Position numbers and translations under genes: made by a program
Shown here: piece after piece, positions 19,442 to 29,146 of the stretch
How the letters are laid out: the number at the start of each line of letters is the position of its first letter
How positions within the stretch are numbered: the stretch's first letter is position 1
Notes under the pieces: generated by a model
Seen by the model: the letters and a program-made list of their open reading frames with translations, nothing else
What the model was told of the DNA's origin: nothing
Databases searched by the model: none
Origin: Candidatus Pacearchaeota archaeon
GTDB taxonomy: Archaea; Nanobdellota; Nanobdellia; UBA10117; JAFCGI01
Assembly: GCA_017608235.1 (NCBI GenBank)
Contig: JAFCGI010000003.1
Coordinates: forward strand, 44,146-108,145
Length of the DNA: 64,000 nt
Direction of reading: 5' to 3'

Positions 19442-19575
19442 GGGACCAGTGGGAATTTCTCAACCACGGAATTTTCCGTCAATGCTTTTGTTCTTACAGT
19501 TACAAAAGGGTTGTTTTGAACCCACGACACCTAGATCTTCAGTCTAGTGCTCTCCCAGTCTGAGCTATGGTCCCC
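19442..19575 (-). tRNA. tRNA-Phe (GAA) with an about 60-nt intron at T-loop position 59/60
   Basis: Minus-strand cloverleaf. Acceptor GGGACCA pairs with TGGTCCC; disc A. D-arm GCTC-AGACTGGGA-GAGC. Anticodon stem CTAGA/TCTAG with loop CUGAAGA. T-stem GTGGG; TTCAAA [60-nt insert] T; CCCAC. The insert begins ACAACCC and ends GGTTGAGAAAT. Confidence 0.7.
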
Positions 19576-19619
19576 TACTTAAAACACATACTTTTAGTTT
19601 TATAAAAGTATCGAGTCTT

Positions 19620-20315
19620 TTATTTTCTTAAGTATTCTTTACGTTTTTTTTCATCAAATCTTTCAATAGAATATCTAAGCATAACCCTAGGCATTTCTTT
19701 GTAATACTTGTCTAAAAATTTCTCTTCAGCTTTTTGATCTCTCTTGCCAACTTCTCTAAGCATCCATCCTACAGCTTTATGAATTAAATCATGTTTATCT
19801 CTAAGTAAAATCTCAGAAATTTTTAACATATCTTTAAAATCATTCGCCTTAATAAATTTATATGTAGCTAGAATAGAAATCCTGCGCTCCCATAGATTCT
19901 TTGATACTGCTAATTTATATAAAATAGTTCTATCCTTATCTAAAAGAAAGTCCCCAAGAATATTTGGCGCGCTTAAATCTACAAGATCCCAATTATTAAT
20001 TTGTTTTGTATTTTTAAGATAAAAATCAAATATTTTTTTCTTTAATTTAGAATTTCCTTTAGAATATTGATGCATAAGAATAAGCAAACTAACTAATCTG
20101 TATTCATGTATCTTGCTTTTTAATAAAATCTGAATATCTTTCAAAGATAAATCATAATATTTTCTAGCAATTTCTCTCTGTACCGGAACTTTAATCCCAA
20201 GGAATATATCACCTTCTCCATATTCTCCTTTACCAGTCTTAAAAAATCCAGAAAGAAGTTTTGCTTGATTTTTATCTTCTAATTTTTTAAGATCTTTCTT
20301 TACAGCATTTAACAT
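19620..20315 (-). CDS. DNA alkylation repair protein (AlkD-like HEAT-repeat DNA glycosylase family)
   Basis: N-terminus KLLSGFFKTGKGEYGEGDIFLGIKVPVQREIARKY is typical of the DNA_alkylation family. Length 231 aa. Confidence 0.7.
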   Translation of the reverse strand: MLNAVKKDLKKLEDKNQAKLLSGFFKTGKGEYGEGDIFLGIKVPVQREIARKYYDLSLKDIQILLKSKIHEYRLVSLLILMHQYSKGNSKLKKKIFDFYLKNTKQINNWDLVDLSAPNILGDFLLDKDRTILYKLAVSKNLWERRISILATYKFIKANDFKDMLKISEILLRDKHDLIHKAVGWMLREVGKRDQKAEEKFLDKYYKEMPRVMLRYSIERFDEKKRKEYLRK

Positions 20316-20316
20316 T

Positions 20317-20925
20317 TTACTTTAAAATTTTATCAATTTCTTTTTTAAGATACTTTATATCATGTTCTTGAGAATCATAATGAATTCCTTTAAATCCAGC
20401 TTTCTTAGCCATATCTACATGATATTCATCATTATCTATATATAATATTTCATCGGCAGACATCTTTATTTTATCAGTTATAATCTCAAAGATCTTTGTA
20501 CCATGTTTATCAGTTTTCACATCTCCAGAACTAATTAAAACATTAAACATATTTTCTAACTTAAATTTCTTTTTTAGCAAATCAAATCTGTATTTAGAAC
20601 TATCAGTTATAATTCCTAATAAATATTTGCCAAGATATTCTTTCTTAATTAATTCAAATATTTCTTCATTTAATCTAGCAGAACTCACAGCATAATCCCA
20701 AATCTTCATAGGAATTTTCATACCAAGACCAGCACACATTCCACTAATCACATGTTCTAATTTAATCATACTAATATTAAATGCATGCGCATACTTGCTA
20801 TAGGTTTCATTAACCAAATCATCTGAAACTCCAAGTTTCTCAGCTAAAGCCTTAACTATCACAATCCTTCCAGATCTGTCTAAAGTTAATACGCCATCAA
20901 AATCAAAAAATATTGCCTTAATCAT
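20317..20925 (-). CDS. HAD-superfamily hydrolase
   Basis: Motif I AIFFDFDGVLT. The K/S-G-D-x-D pattern occurs later. The internal ATG (MIKAIFF) is preferred over the track ORF start at 21036. Confidence 0.65.
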   Translation of the reverse strand: MIKAIFFDFDGVLTLDRSGRIVIVKALAEKLGVSDDLVNETYSKYAHAFNISMIKLEHVISGMCAGLGMKIPMKIWDYAVSSARLNEEIFELIKKEYLGKYLLGIITDSSKYRFDLLKKKFKLENMFNVLISSGDVKTDKHGTKIFEIITDKIKMSADEILYIDNDEYHVDMAKKAGFKGIHYDSQEHDIKYLKKEIDKILK

Positions 20926-21083
20926 TTCCTTTTTTTTACCTCTTTCTTTTTTGATGAAACCTTTTTTCCAAAAGTTTCTAAGAAAGGTTAAAGCGCTGGG
21001 AGAGGGACATTCCGAACCCTTGGTACATTCTTTCATGAACGTTTCTTTCCAAGAAAGGTTCTTTTGAACCCTCGCATCCTTGC

Positions 21084-21439
21084 GGAAACTAGCTTAGCAG
21101 GCCTACGCTTCATCCCAAGCTATAGGATTTAATAGCGCCATACCAGACTAGGCGATCCCAGCATAATAAAGTGGAGCATGCTTTAGGATGGACATAAACA
21201 ACATTTACTGTGATCCTAATAATCAGCTCCACCCCGTATCTCCAAAGCACCCCAAAACCAAGTTACGGTTGCTCCATTCCTGGCCTGGCCGGATTAGCTT
21301 GAAAGAGAGGCCCTTGAAGGCGAGGCTTCGACGCCAACTAAAAGGGCAGCAAGCATTCTTTACGCCGCTCCCAAAGCTTCATCTTCCCCTAAAGCGCATT
21401 GAGGATTACAGGCCCGCGCTAATGGCCCAGACTAGCCCC
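21084..21439 (-). ncRNA. Signal recognition particle RNA (archaeal 7S/SRP RNA); ends approximate
   Basis: GC-rich island on the minus strand. 5' GGGGCUAGUCUGGGCC…GGGCCUGUAAUCC is an Alu-domain-like UGUAAU. Helix-8 region CAGGCCAGGAAUGGAGCAACCGUAAC…GGGGUGC matches the archaeal CAGGCCCGGAAGGGAGCAACGGUAG…GGGUGCC. A 3' GCUAGUUUCC can pair with the 5' GGGGCUAG. The overlapping 90-aa ORF (21188..21460) is rejected. Confidence 0.6.
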
Positions 21440-21485
21440 ATAAAAAACACTTTTTATTGATTTAAAAACCTTATCCTTATATAAT

Positions 21486-22679
21486 TTATCTGATATCTAA
21501 CTCTAAGAACTCATTTATCTCTCTACCCATCTCAGGATTATTTTCTTGTATGAAATTATAATATGGTAAGAAATCCTTTGCTAACATTCCTGCAGAACAA
21601 TGTAACTTTGCTCCTATTTGTCTAGCTATTCCCTGAATCTTTGCTCGCTTAGCAGCCCGTATAAATATTTTTTTAAGTATCTCAGGACGTTTATGCATAA
21701 CATATCTTGGATTTACATCATTCTTTGCTTGTTGTACTCCCATCACAAGCAAAAGTCTAGCATAATACATAAATCTCCAGTGCTGCCATCTCATAATTCT
21801 ACTCATAAAAATATCATAATCACCAAGAGCTCTATATGCATTACGTCTTTCAGCAGGATTAAAATATTCTATAGGAATATTTTCTTCAAGCCAATAGCTT
21901 AACATCTTCAAGTCTTCTGAGAGATTATCAACCACATGGGAGGTTGCTTCAGAATTATATGACTTAAAGATTAACTTTAATGCAGAAAACAGACTTTCCT
22001 CTTGCTCACGTTTCCATAAAGTTAGCTCTTTTTCAACTATTTTTCCAGAACTTGATAACATTTGTAAATCATTAACTGCCGCTCTCAGATCTCCATCCAC
22101 ATACCCAGCTAATTTTTTAATAGCACTTTCTTCATAAACCACTCCTTCTTGAGAAAGAATCTGTTTAAGATATTTAGCAACACTTAATACATTTAATTTT
22201 CTAAGTTGAACCATCACACAATAATTTCTAAGAGTTTTCAACTTTTGGCTCCAAGGATCATTTGTAGTTAGAATTATTGGAAACTTAGTTTTTTTAATCA
22301 CATCAATTAGTGCTGTGGTTCCACCTCTGTCTTGTGACCCAGATAAACCATCAATTTCATCTACTAAAATCAATTTACTTCCGCCAAACAAACTCATCTG
22401 CATGCTAGCAGGTCCTAAGGTTTCAAGAACTTCATTTTTATTTCTTCTATCAGATGCATTTACTTCAATTAATTCATGTCCAAGTTCTTCAGCAATAGCA
22501 TAAACCATAGAAGTTTTTCCACATCCTGGCGGGCCATACAACATAATAGCTTTTTTCTTCTGTCTATCAAAACTCTTGATATAATTCAACAAATCCTCAG
22601 TAGCCTTAGTCTGTCCAACCACATCCCTTACAGTTTTAGGTCTATACTTAATAATCCAAGGACTTTTATCTTTTGACAT
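21486..22679 (-). CDS. rfcL: Replication factor C large subunit
   Basis: KYRPKTVRDVVGQ…LYGPPGCGKTS (Walker A) and LILVDEIDG (Walker B). RFC box architecture. Length 397 aa. Confidence 0.9.
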   Translation of the reverse strand: MSKDKSPWIIKYRPKTVRDVVGQTKATEDLLNYIKSFDRQKKKAIMLYGPPGCGKTSMVYAIAEELGHELIEVNASDRRNKNEVLETLGPASMQMSLFGGSKLILVDEIDGLSGSQDRGGTTALIDVIKKTKFPIILTTNDPWSQKLKTLRNYCVMVQLRKLNVLSVAKYLKQILSQEGVVYEESAIKKLAGYVDGDLRAAVNDLQMLSSSGKIVEKELTLWKREQEESLFSALKLIFKSYNSEATSHVVDNLSEDLKMLSYWLEENIPIEYFNPAERRNAYRALGDYDIFMSRIMRWQHWRFMYYARLLLVMGVQQAKNDVNPRYVMHKRPEILKKIFIRAAKRAKIQGIARQIGAKLHCSAGMLAKDFLPYYNFIQENNPEMGREINEFLELDIR

Positions 22680-23230
22680 TATTCTATTTCTTTTTTTAGT
22701 TGCTTTATCGCAGCCTTAGTAAGTTCAATCTTATTTTTGGAAAATTCTTTTGATCTATCTAGTATTAAATTCTCTGCACATAATCCAAGACAAAAATTCT
22801 CCCAAATATCTAAAACACCACTTAACGAATCTTTTTCCCACCAGTCTTCAGCAGTCATTCCAGAAAGTCTAGCAATTCCTGTTGCCCCTAAAAAATCTAA
22901 TAGATCTGCATCATGTAGCATTTTAGCTTCCACTGATATTGGATTTCCTGTAGGCACATGATTAATTATAGCATCCCAAACTAAATCAATTTTATTTTCT
23001 GGAAATTTAATTCTGTTTAGAAATTCAGAAGCGATTTCAGCTGATTTTTTCTGATGTGGATCTTCTCCCTGTCCAATATCATGCAAAAATGTTGCAGCAT
23101 GTAATATTTCATCATCAAACTCATCATTTAGTTTTTTAGCTAACTTATAAGTTCTCTTAAAATGATCAAACCCAGCAGGCAATTTTCCTTTTAATTCTTC
23201 TTTAGCAAAATTTTCAATTTCTTCCCTCAT
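22679..23230 (-). CDS. HD-domain phosphohydrolase
   Basis: ATFLHDIGQ motif (H…HD). Length 183 aa. Start overlaps the rfcL stop, so probably co-transcribed. Confidence 0.65.
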   Translation of the reverse strand: MREEIENFAKEELKGKLPAGFDHFKRTYKLAKKLNDEFDDEILHAATFLHDIGQGEDPHQKKSAEIASEFLNRIKFPENKIDLVWDAIINHVPTGNPISVEAKMLHDADLLDFLGATGIARLSGMTAEDWWEKDSLSGVLDIWENFCLGLCAENLILDRSKEFSKNKIELTKAAIKQLKKEIE

Positions 23231-23246
23231 TTTTTTTACCTCAAAA

Positions 23247-24197
23247 TCATGAAGATATTAAAGCAAACTCAGATATTAGCGCAGCTAACTGAGTAAATTC
23301 ATCTGAACCTTCCACCAATCTGAATTCATATTCTCCGCAAGCCCTTATAAGTTTCACTTTAATCTTATCATCAATATAAGAATTTAATACTTCTTTTTGA
23401 ATTTGCCTAATCATATCAATTCCAGACAACCCATGTTTAATCATTATGTTTTGCATCAATGATTTAGCTTTTTCAAATTCTCCAGAAGTAGCATCCTTAA
23501 TCAGCTGAGCAATCTCTTTAGGCTCAGCAAATGAAATAATCTCAGATACAATCTGTTTATCTACTTTTTTAGAAATCGCAGAACAAGCCTGCAGCATATT
23601 CTCTGCTCTTCTACAATCACCTTCACAAGCAACATATAATAAATCTAAAGCATCAGCATTAATATCAATTTCTTCATTCTTAGCAATATTTCCAAGTATA
23701 TTTTTAATTATTTCATCAGGCAATGGCTTAAATCTAAAAATCGCACATCTTGATTGTATCGGACTTATGATTTTACTAGAATAATTGCATGATAAAATAA
23801 AACGAGTATTCTGAGTATAGTCTTCCATAGTCCTTCTCAAAGCATGTTGAGCTTCTTTTGTTAGTGCATCTGACTCATCTAAGTAAATAATTTTAAATGG
23901 CACATCTTCTATAGCCTTAGATCTTGCAAAATCCTTAACTTTATTTCTAATAATATCAATTCCTCTCTCATCACTTGCATTTAATTCAAGAATATTATCT
24001 CTCCAAGTATCCCCATATAAGTCTCTAGCAATAGCTATTGCTGAAGCAGTTTTACCAGTTCCTGCAGGACCTGCAAACAGTAAATGAGGCATATTTCCAC
24101 TTTTTATGAAAGCAACTAACCTTTTTGTAACATCCTCTTGTCCTTTTACTTCAGCTAAAGTCTTAGGTCTATATTTTTCAGTCCAAACTTGTAACAT
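23247..24197 (-). CDS. rfcS: Replication factor C small subunit (no intein)
   Basis: WTEKYRPKTLAEVKGQ…LFAGPAGTGKTA, DESD, SRC-like SRCAIFRF. Length 316 aa. Confidence 0.9.
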   Translation of the reverse strand: MLQVWTEKYRPKTLAEVKGQEDVTKRLVAFIKSGNMPHLLFAGPAGTGKTASAIAIARDLYGDTWRDNILELNASDERGIDIIRNKVKDFARSKAIEDVPFKIIYLDESDALTKEAQHALRRTMEDYTQNTRFILSCNYSSKIISPIQSRCAIFRFKPLPDEIIKNILGNIAKNEEIDINADALDLLYVACEGDCRRAENMLQACSAISKKVDKQIVSEIISFAEPKEIAQLIKDATSGEFEKAKSLMQNIMIKHGLSGIDMIRQIQKEVLNSYIDDKIKVKLIRACGEYEFRLVEGSDEFTQLAALISEFALISS

Positions 24198-24302
24198 TTT
24201 CTTTTGACTAAACTTTTTTAAAAGTTAGTAGCACTCTCCAAAACTATCTTAAAAATTAAGATATATGTTTATAAGCTTTTATTTTTTAGAAGTCAATACT
24301 TC

Positions 24303-25430
24303 CTAAGAACTAGTATCTAATAATTCTTCTATTTGATGGTATTGATTTTTTATATCTTTTTCTAATCTATCCTGCTCTCTTACTTCTGTAGAGTTAAAAA
24401 ACATATACCAATCCTGCTTACACCTACAGTCCGGAAGGTTTCTAATATGTTCAAAATCTTTAGTAAGATTCCAAAAGACTATACTATCTATTACATAAGA
24501 AAAGCATTCTTCACAGGTTGAAGCAAACTCAATAGGCTGTGGGGAGGATCTTATCAGACCTTTAATAACTACTTTATTATGTTCTGGCACTATAACCCGT
24601 AAAACTTCTAAAGGCAACCAAAGTTTTGCTAACTCATACATTCCTTTGTCATACATAAATTTAGTTAAAGTGTATGGTTGAAGATTAGTGACCATTATTA
24701 TAATTGTATCCACATTATTTTCAATCGCAAATCTAGATGTTTCAACCGCATCCCTAACATCTTCTTTCATATTTAGAAATGGTTTCCCAACTAAAACATA
24801 AGCATCTGTAATGAGATCACATTCTTGAGCAGTTTGAAGAGCTTCTACATAGATTTCTAGCTTAGTGCCTTTATTTAAACAAAAATTTCTAATAAAATCA
24901 TTTTTTGATTCTAAGCCTATACCTACAGATACTTCATCAAAATATGATCTTACTATTTCAAGTTTTGTTCTATCAATAAGATATTCAGGTCTTGATTCAA
25001 AATTAAGAGCTTTATATCCTGCATCTCTTAGCATACCAAAAATCTTCTCTATAGTTTTAAATGGAATTTCTTTTTCATCTAGTAAGCTTCCAGCACTAGT
25101 AAAATTAATAAATGGATATTTCTCAGGATTATATTTATTTATAACCCATTCAGTTTGTTTAAGCATGTCTTTTTGATTATAAACCCCAGATAAATCAGCT
25201 ATCAATTGATAGCCGCAAGTAACACATCCCCCTCCAGCAGAAAACCAGCTACAAGGACGTGTTTTAAGTTCATTTAAAGGCATAATATATGGTTTTCCAT
25301 GCCATGTCCTTTCTTCATAATAAAAACCAGGCATATTCTCTTTATCAGATTTATCCTTACTATATATATGGCTAGAATACATAGGTGCTCTTATCTTTTG
25401 CATAACTCTAATAATATCTTTTTGATGCAT
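24303..25430 (-). CDS. Putative Fe-S / radical-SAM-like protein (TIGR01210-like), function uncertain
   Basis: Cys cluster CSWFSAGGGCVTCGY (Cx8Cx2C, not the canonical Cx3Cx2C). TIM-barrel-like length (375 aa). Assignment by recollection only. Confidence 0.35.
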   Translation of the reverse strand: MHQKDIIRVMQKIRAPMYSSHIYSKDKSDKENMPGFYYEERTWHGKPYIMPLNELKTRPCSWFSAGGGCVTCGYQLIADLSGVYNQKDMLKQTEWVINKYNPEKYPFINFTSAGSLLDEKEIPFKTIEKIFGMLRDAGYKALNFESRPEYLIDRTKLEIVRSYFDEVSVGIGLESKNDFIRNFCLNKGTKLEIYVEALQTAQECDLITDAYVLVGKPFLNMKEDVRDAVETSRFAIENNVDTIIIMVTNLQPYTLTKFMYDKGMYELAKLWLPLEVLRVIVPEHNKVVIKGLIRSSPQPIEFASTCEECFSYVIDSIVFWNLTKDFEHIRNLPDCRCKQDWYMFFNSTEVREQDRLEKDIKNQYHQIEELLDTSS

Positions 25431-25483
25431 GTTATTTTATTTAAAGATAATATTATAAATTTTATTGGAATACAAAACATATA

Positions 25484-26719
25484 ATGCTAACAAGAATTAA
25501 AAAATACTGGAATGATCAGCTGACAGAAACTATTAGACATGCATATAAGACTAAATATTATAGTAAACTTTTCAAAGAATTAAACATATCTTCTAGATCA
25601 GACCTTTCCGAAATTCCTATTACTTCTTCTTTGGATTACAGAAATAACATATTTGAATTTCTTGCTACAGATCTAAGCAAAATTAAGTTTATCTCACAGA
25701 CAACAGGCACTACAGGAGAACCTAAATTAATATTTTTCACACAAAAAGACTTAGATATTATGAGAACAAGAGCAGAAGTATGTTGGTCTTGGTTTAATTT
25801 TAATAAAGAAGACAGGATTGCTGTGCTAAGTTCATATACAAATCCGCCTTTAGGTCAATATTATGAAAATGCATTTGCAAGTTTAAGAGTTATGCAATAT
25901 CCAGCAGGTGTAACAAGGTGCCTGCAATCTCAGATGAATAATATTGCCAAACTAGGTATATCTATAATCGCAACACATCCATCAATTCTAACTAGGTTAA
26001 CAAAAACATATATTCAGTTAAATCCAAAAACCAATATAAAAAATATAATTTTATCAGGCGAACCATTTTCTAAAGAATATAGAACTAAAATGGAAAATAT
26101 TTGGAATACAAAATTAATTAACCTTTATGGCTCAATGGAAGCAGATATTATAGCAATTAATTGTAATAAATATCTAAACAAACATTTAATGTATAAAGAT
26201 ATTCTCGTAGAAATCCGTACAGAAGATAACAAAATAAAAGATCAGGGTACTGGAGAAATTATTCTAACAGTTTTAAACTCAGATGGTTTTTCGTTATTAA
26301 GATACGCAACTGGAGATCTTGGCACTCTAAGTTTTAGAGAATGTGATTGCAGTTTAAAGTGGCCAATACTTAATATAAAAGGCAGAGTTGATGATATTAT
26401 TTTTATAGCTGGAATGAATATCTTTCCTTCAGATATAGAACACTTTCTACTATCTTTTCCAGAGATTTCATCTAATTATCTTTGCTACCTCAAGGAAAAA
26501 GAAGGAGTAACAATATTAAAAATTATCATAGAAACAAAAATTCGGAAAGATAAATTAAAACTAAAAATACTAAAAAAAGCATATAAGATATCTCCTGAGG
26601 TTGATTTACTTTTAAATGAAGGGTCTATGGTCATTAAAATAGATTTTGTTAGCCCAGGATATTTAGCACAGACAAATAGAAAAACAAAAAGAATTATTGA
26701 CCTAAGAAAAAATAACTAA
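25484..26719 (+). CDS. Adenylate-forming enzyme of the phenylacetate-CoA ligase / coenzyme F390 synthetase family
   Basis: AMP-binding P-loop SQTTGTTGEPK. Length 411 aa. C-terminal PaaK-like small domain. Confidence 0.6.
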   Translation: MLTRIKKYWNDQLTETIRHAYKTKYYSKLFKELNISSRSDLSEIPITSSLDYRNNIFEFLATDLSKIKFISQTTGTTGEPKLIFFTQKDLDIMRTRAEVCWSWFNFNKEDRIAVLSSYTNPPLGQYYENAFASLRVMQYPAGVTRCLQSQMNNIAKLGISIIATHPSILTRLTKTYIQLNPKTNIKNIILSGEPFSKEYRTKMENIWNTKLINLYGSMEADIIAINCNKYLNKHLMYKDILVEIRTEDNKIKDQGTGEIILTVLNSDGFSLLRYATGDLGTLSFRECDCSLKWPILNIKGRVDDIIFIAGMNIFPSDIEHFLLSFPEISSNYLCYLKEKEGVTILKIIIETKIRKDKLKLKILKKAYKISPEVDLLLNEGSMVIKIDFVSPGYLAQTNRKTKRIIDLRKNN

Positions 26720-26764
26720 CTACCAAACATTACACTTATAAACTTAGTTTTCTAAATTTTATAA

Positions 26765-29146
26765 ATGAAAGAGCTCCCTAAGAAAATAGATTTCAATAGC
26801 CTGGAAAAATGGCAGGAATACTGGGAAAAAGAAAAAATCTTTAAATTTAATCCTAAATCCAATAAGAAAATCTTTTCTGTAGATGTTCCTCCAGTATATG
26901 CTTCTGCTGGGCATCTTCACATAGGACATGCCTTGCATTATACTCAATTTGAATTTCCAACAAGATATTGGAGAATGAATGGCAAGGAAGTTTACTTCTC
27001 TCCATGTTTTGATGATAATGGCTTACCAACTGAAAAGATGGTAGAAGAAAAATACAAAATAAACAAAGCCACAACCACTAGGGAAGAATTTGTAAAACTT
27101 TGTCTAAAAGAATCAAAAGAAGTAGAGAAATTATATTCTGAAAAAGTATATAAGAAACTTGGACATGCTTATGATTGGGATTTGCTTTACGTTACAATAA
27201 GTAAAGAAGCTCAAAAAGTAGCCCAAACTTCATTTTTAGATTTAGTTGAAAAAAATCTAGCCTATCGTGGAGAAGAGCCAACTATCTGGTGTATACATCA
27301 TCAAACAGCACTAGCCCAAGCAGAAGTGGAAGACACACAAAGAACTACTATATTAAATCATATTAACTTCAAGCTAGAAGATGGAGAAATAATAAATATT
27401 GCTACTACACGTCCTGAATTTTTACCAGCCTGCGTAGCTATTTTTGTAAACCCTCAAGATAAAAGATATAAAAAACTTATTGGAAAGCAAGCAATAGTTC
27501 CAATCTTTAAACATAAAGTAAAGATAATGACAGATGAAGCTGTAGATCCAGAATTTGGAACTGGAATTTTAATGGTTTGTACTTTTGGAGATAATGCAGA
27601 CATAGAAAAATGGAGAAAATACAAACTAGATACAAAAATAATTATAGATAATGATGGCAAACTAAATGACATTGCTGGTAAATATAAAGGCCTAACATTA
27701 GAAGAAGCAAAAGCTAAAATAATTAAAGAATTAAAATCCCAAGATTTAATAACAAAACAAGAACCATTACAACAAACTATAGGAACCTGTTGGAGATGTT
27801 CCACTCCTGTAGAATATATAGTAACAAAACAATGGCATATAGACATACTAAGTCATAAAAAAGAACTTATTGCTCAAGGAAAGAAAGTAAACTGGCACCC
27901 TGCTTTTTATAGAAAAAGATTCGAAGATTGGGTAAGTAATCTTAATTGGAACTGGGGAATCTCAAGACAAAGATTTTATGGAATTCCTATTCCTGTTTGG
28001 TATTGTAAAGATTGTGATAGTCCAGTATTTCCAGATAAGAAAGATCTTCCTATAGATCCATTAAAAGATCCTGCTCCAAAAAAATGTAGCTGCGGGTCTA
28101 CAGATTTAATTCCAGAGGATGATGTCTTTGATACATGGATGACTTCTAGCATGACACCGCAAATTGCTTCACAATGGTTAGAAAATCCTAAAGTCTTTGA
28201 TAAAGTATTTCCTATGACTCTTCGCCCGCAATCTCATGATATAATAAGAACCTGGGCATTCTATACAATAACAAAATCATACTACCATCTAAAATCTATT
28301 CCTTGGAAAGATGTAATGATTGGAACATATATTTTAGATCCTAAAGGAAAAGGTATGCACAAATCCAAAGGAAACGCTATTTGGTTTGATGACTTAATAA
28401 AAAAATATGATGTAGATTCTTTTAGATACTGGGTTTCCACAGCAGGAATTGGAGAAGACATACCTTTCAAAGAAAAAGATATAATTAGAGGCACAAAAAT
28501 CTTAATTAAACTCTGGAATACAGCCAGATTTATTTTCATAAATATAGATAAAGTTCCAAATAGTAAACAAAAATTCACTCCTTTGGATTTATGGATTACA
28601 AATCAATTACATAAAGTTCTAAACAACTATCATAAATTCTTCCAGGAATATAAAATTACAAAAGCAAGAAAAGAACTAGAAATGTTTTTCTTGCATGATT
28701 TCTGTGACTTCTATCTTGAGGCAGTTAAACATAGAATTTATTCTGAAAATAAAGAAACCAAAAATGCAGCAGTCTATACTTTATACAATATATTCTTTAA
28801 CATAATTAAAATGTGGGCTCCAATCATCCCGCACATAACAGAAGAAATCTATCAGACTGCTTTCAAAGAACAAGAAAAAGAGAAATCCATACATCTCTGT
28901 CAATTTCCAAAGCAAAAAAAGCCAAACAAAAAATCTCTAGAATTAGGAGTCCTTGCTAAGATGTTAATTTCTGAACTAAGAAAATGGAAGCAAGAAAATA
29001 ACATCAAACTCGGAGAAGAATTCGACTTAGTAAATCTTACACATCCAGATGTAGACAAACTAAAAACTCTTAAGCCAGAACTTGAAGGAACACTAAGAAT
29101 AAAAAACCTTCACATCTCAAAAGGAAAATTCTCTATAAGTATGTAA
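26765..29146 (+). CDS. valS: Valyl-tRNA synthetase (short form, no C-terminal coiled coil)
   Basis: HIGH motif PPVYASAGHLHIGHAL. The ValRS hallmark TTRPEFLPACVAIFVNPQDKRYKKLIGK (compare E. coli ATTRPET…VNPEDPRYKDLIGK). KMSKS-like GMHKSKGN. Confidence 0.75.
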   Translation: MKELPKKIDFNSLEKWQEYWEKEKIFKFNPKSNKKIFSVDVPPVYASAGHLHIGHALHYTQFEFPTRYWRMNGKEVYFSPCFDDNGLPTEKMVEEKYKINKATTTREEFVKLCLKESKEVEKLYSEKVYKKLGHAYDWDLLYVTISKEAQKVAQTSFLDLVEKNLAYRGEEPTIWCIHHQTALAQAEVEDTQRTTILNHINFKLEDGEIINIATTRPEFLPACVAIFVNPQDKRYKKLIGKQAIVPIFKHKVKIMTDEAVDPEFGTGILMVCTFGDNADIEKWRKYKLDTKIIIDNDGKLNDIAGKYKGLTLEEAKAKIIKELKSQDLITKQEPLQQTIGTCWRCSTPVEYIVTKQWHIDILSHKKELIAQGKKVNWHPAFYRKRFEDWVSNLNWNWGISRQRFYGIPIPVWYCKDCDSPVFPDKKDLPIDPLKDPAPKKCSCGSTDLIPEDDVFDTWMTSSMTPQIASQWLENPKVFDKVFPMTLRPQSHDIIRTWAFYTITKSYYHLKSIPWKDVMIGTYILDPKGKGMHKSKGNAIWFDDLIKKYDVDSFRYWVSTAGIGEDIPFKEKDIIRGTKILIKLWNTARFIFINIDKVPNSKQKFTPLDLWITNQLHKVLNNYHKFFQEYKITKARKELEMFFLHDFCDFYLEAVKHRIYSENKETKNAAVYTLYNIFFNIIKMWAPIIPHITEEIYQTAFKEQEKEKSIHLCQFPKQKKPNKKSLELGVLAKMLISELRKWKQENNIKLGEEFDLVNLTHPDVDKLKTLKPELEGTLRIKNLHISKGKFSISM

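Noticed and set aside
21084-21439. Possibility that the GC-rich island is RNase P RNA
   Set aside because: No GGAAAGUCCGGGC / ACAGAANCCGGCUUA P4 signatures. SRP helix-8 and Alu-domain motifs are found instead.
21188-21460. 90-aa ORF (MDINNIYCDPNN…)
   Set aside because: Lies entirely within the GC-rich SRP RNA gene on the opposite strand. The composition is typical of a spurious ORF across a structured RNA.
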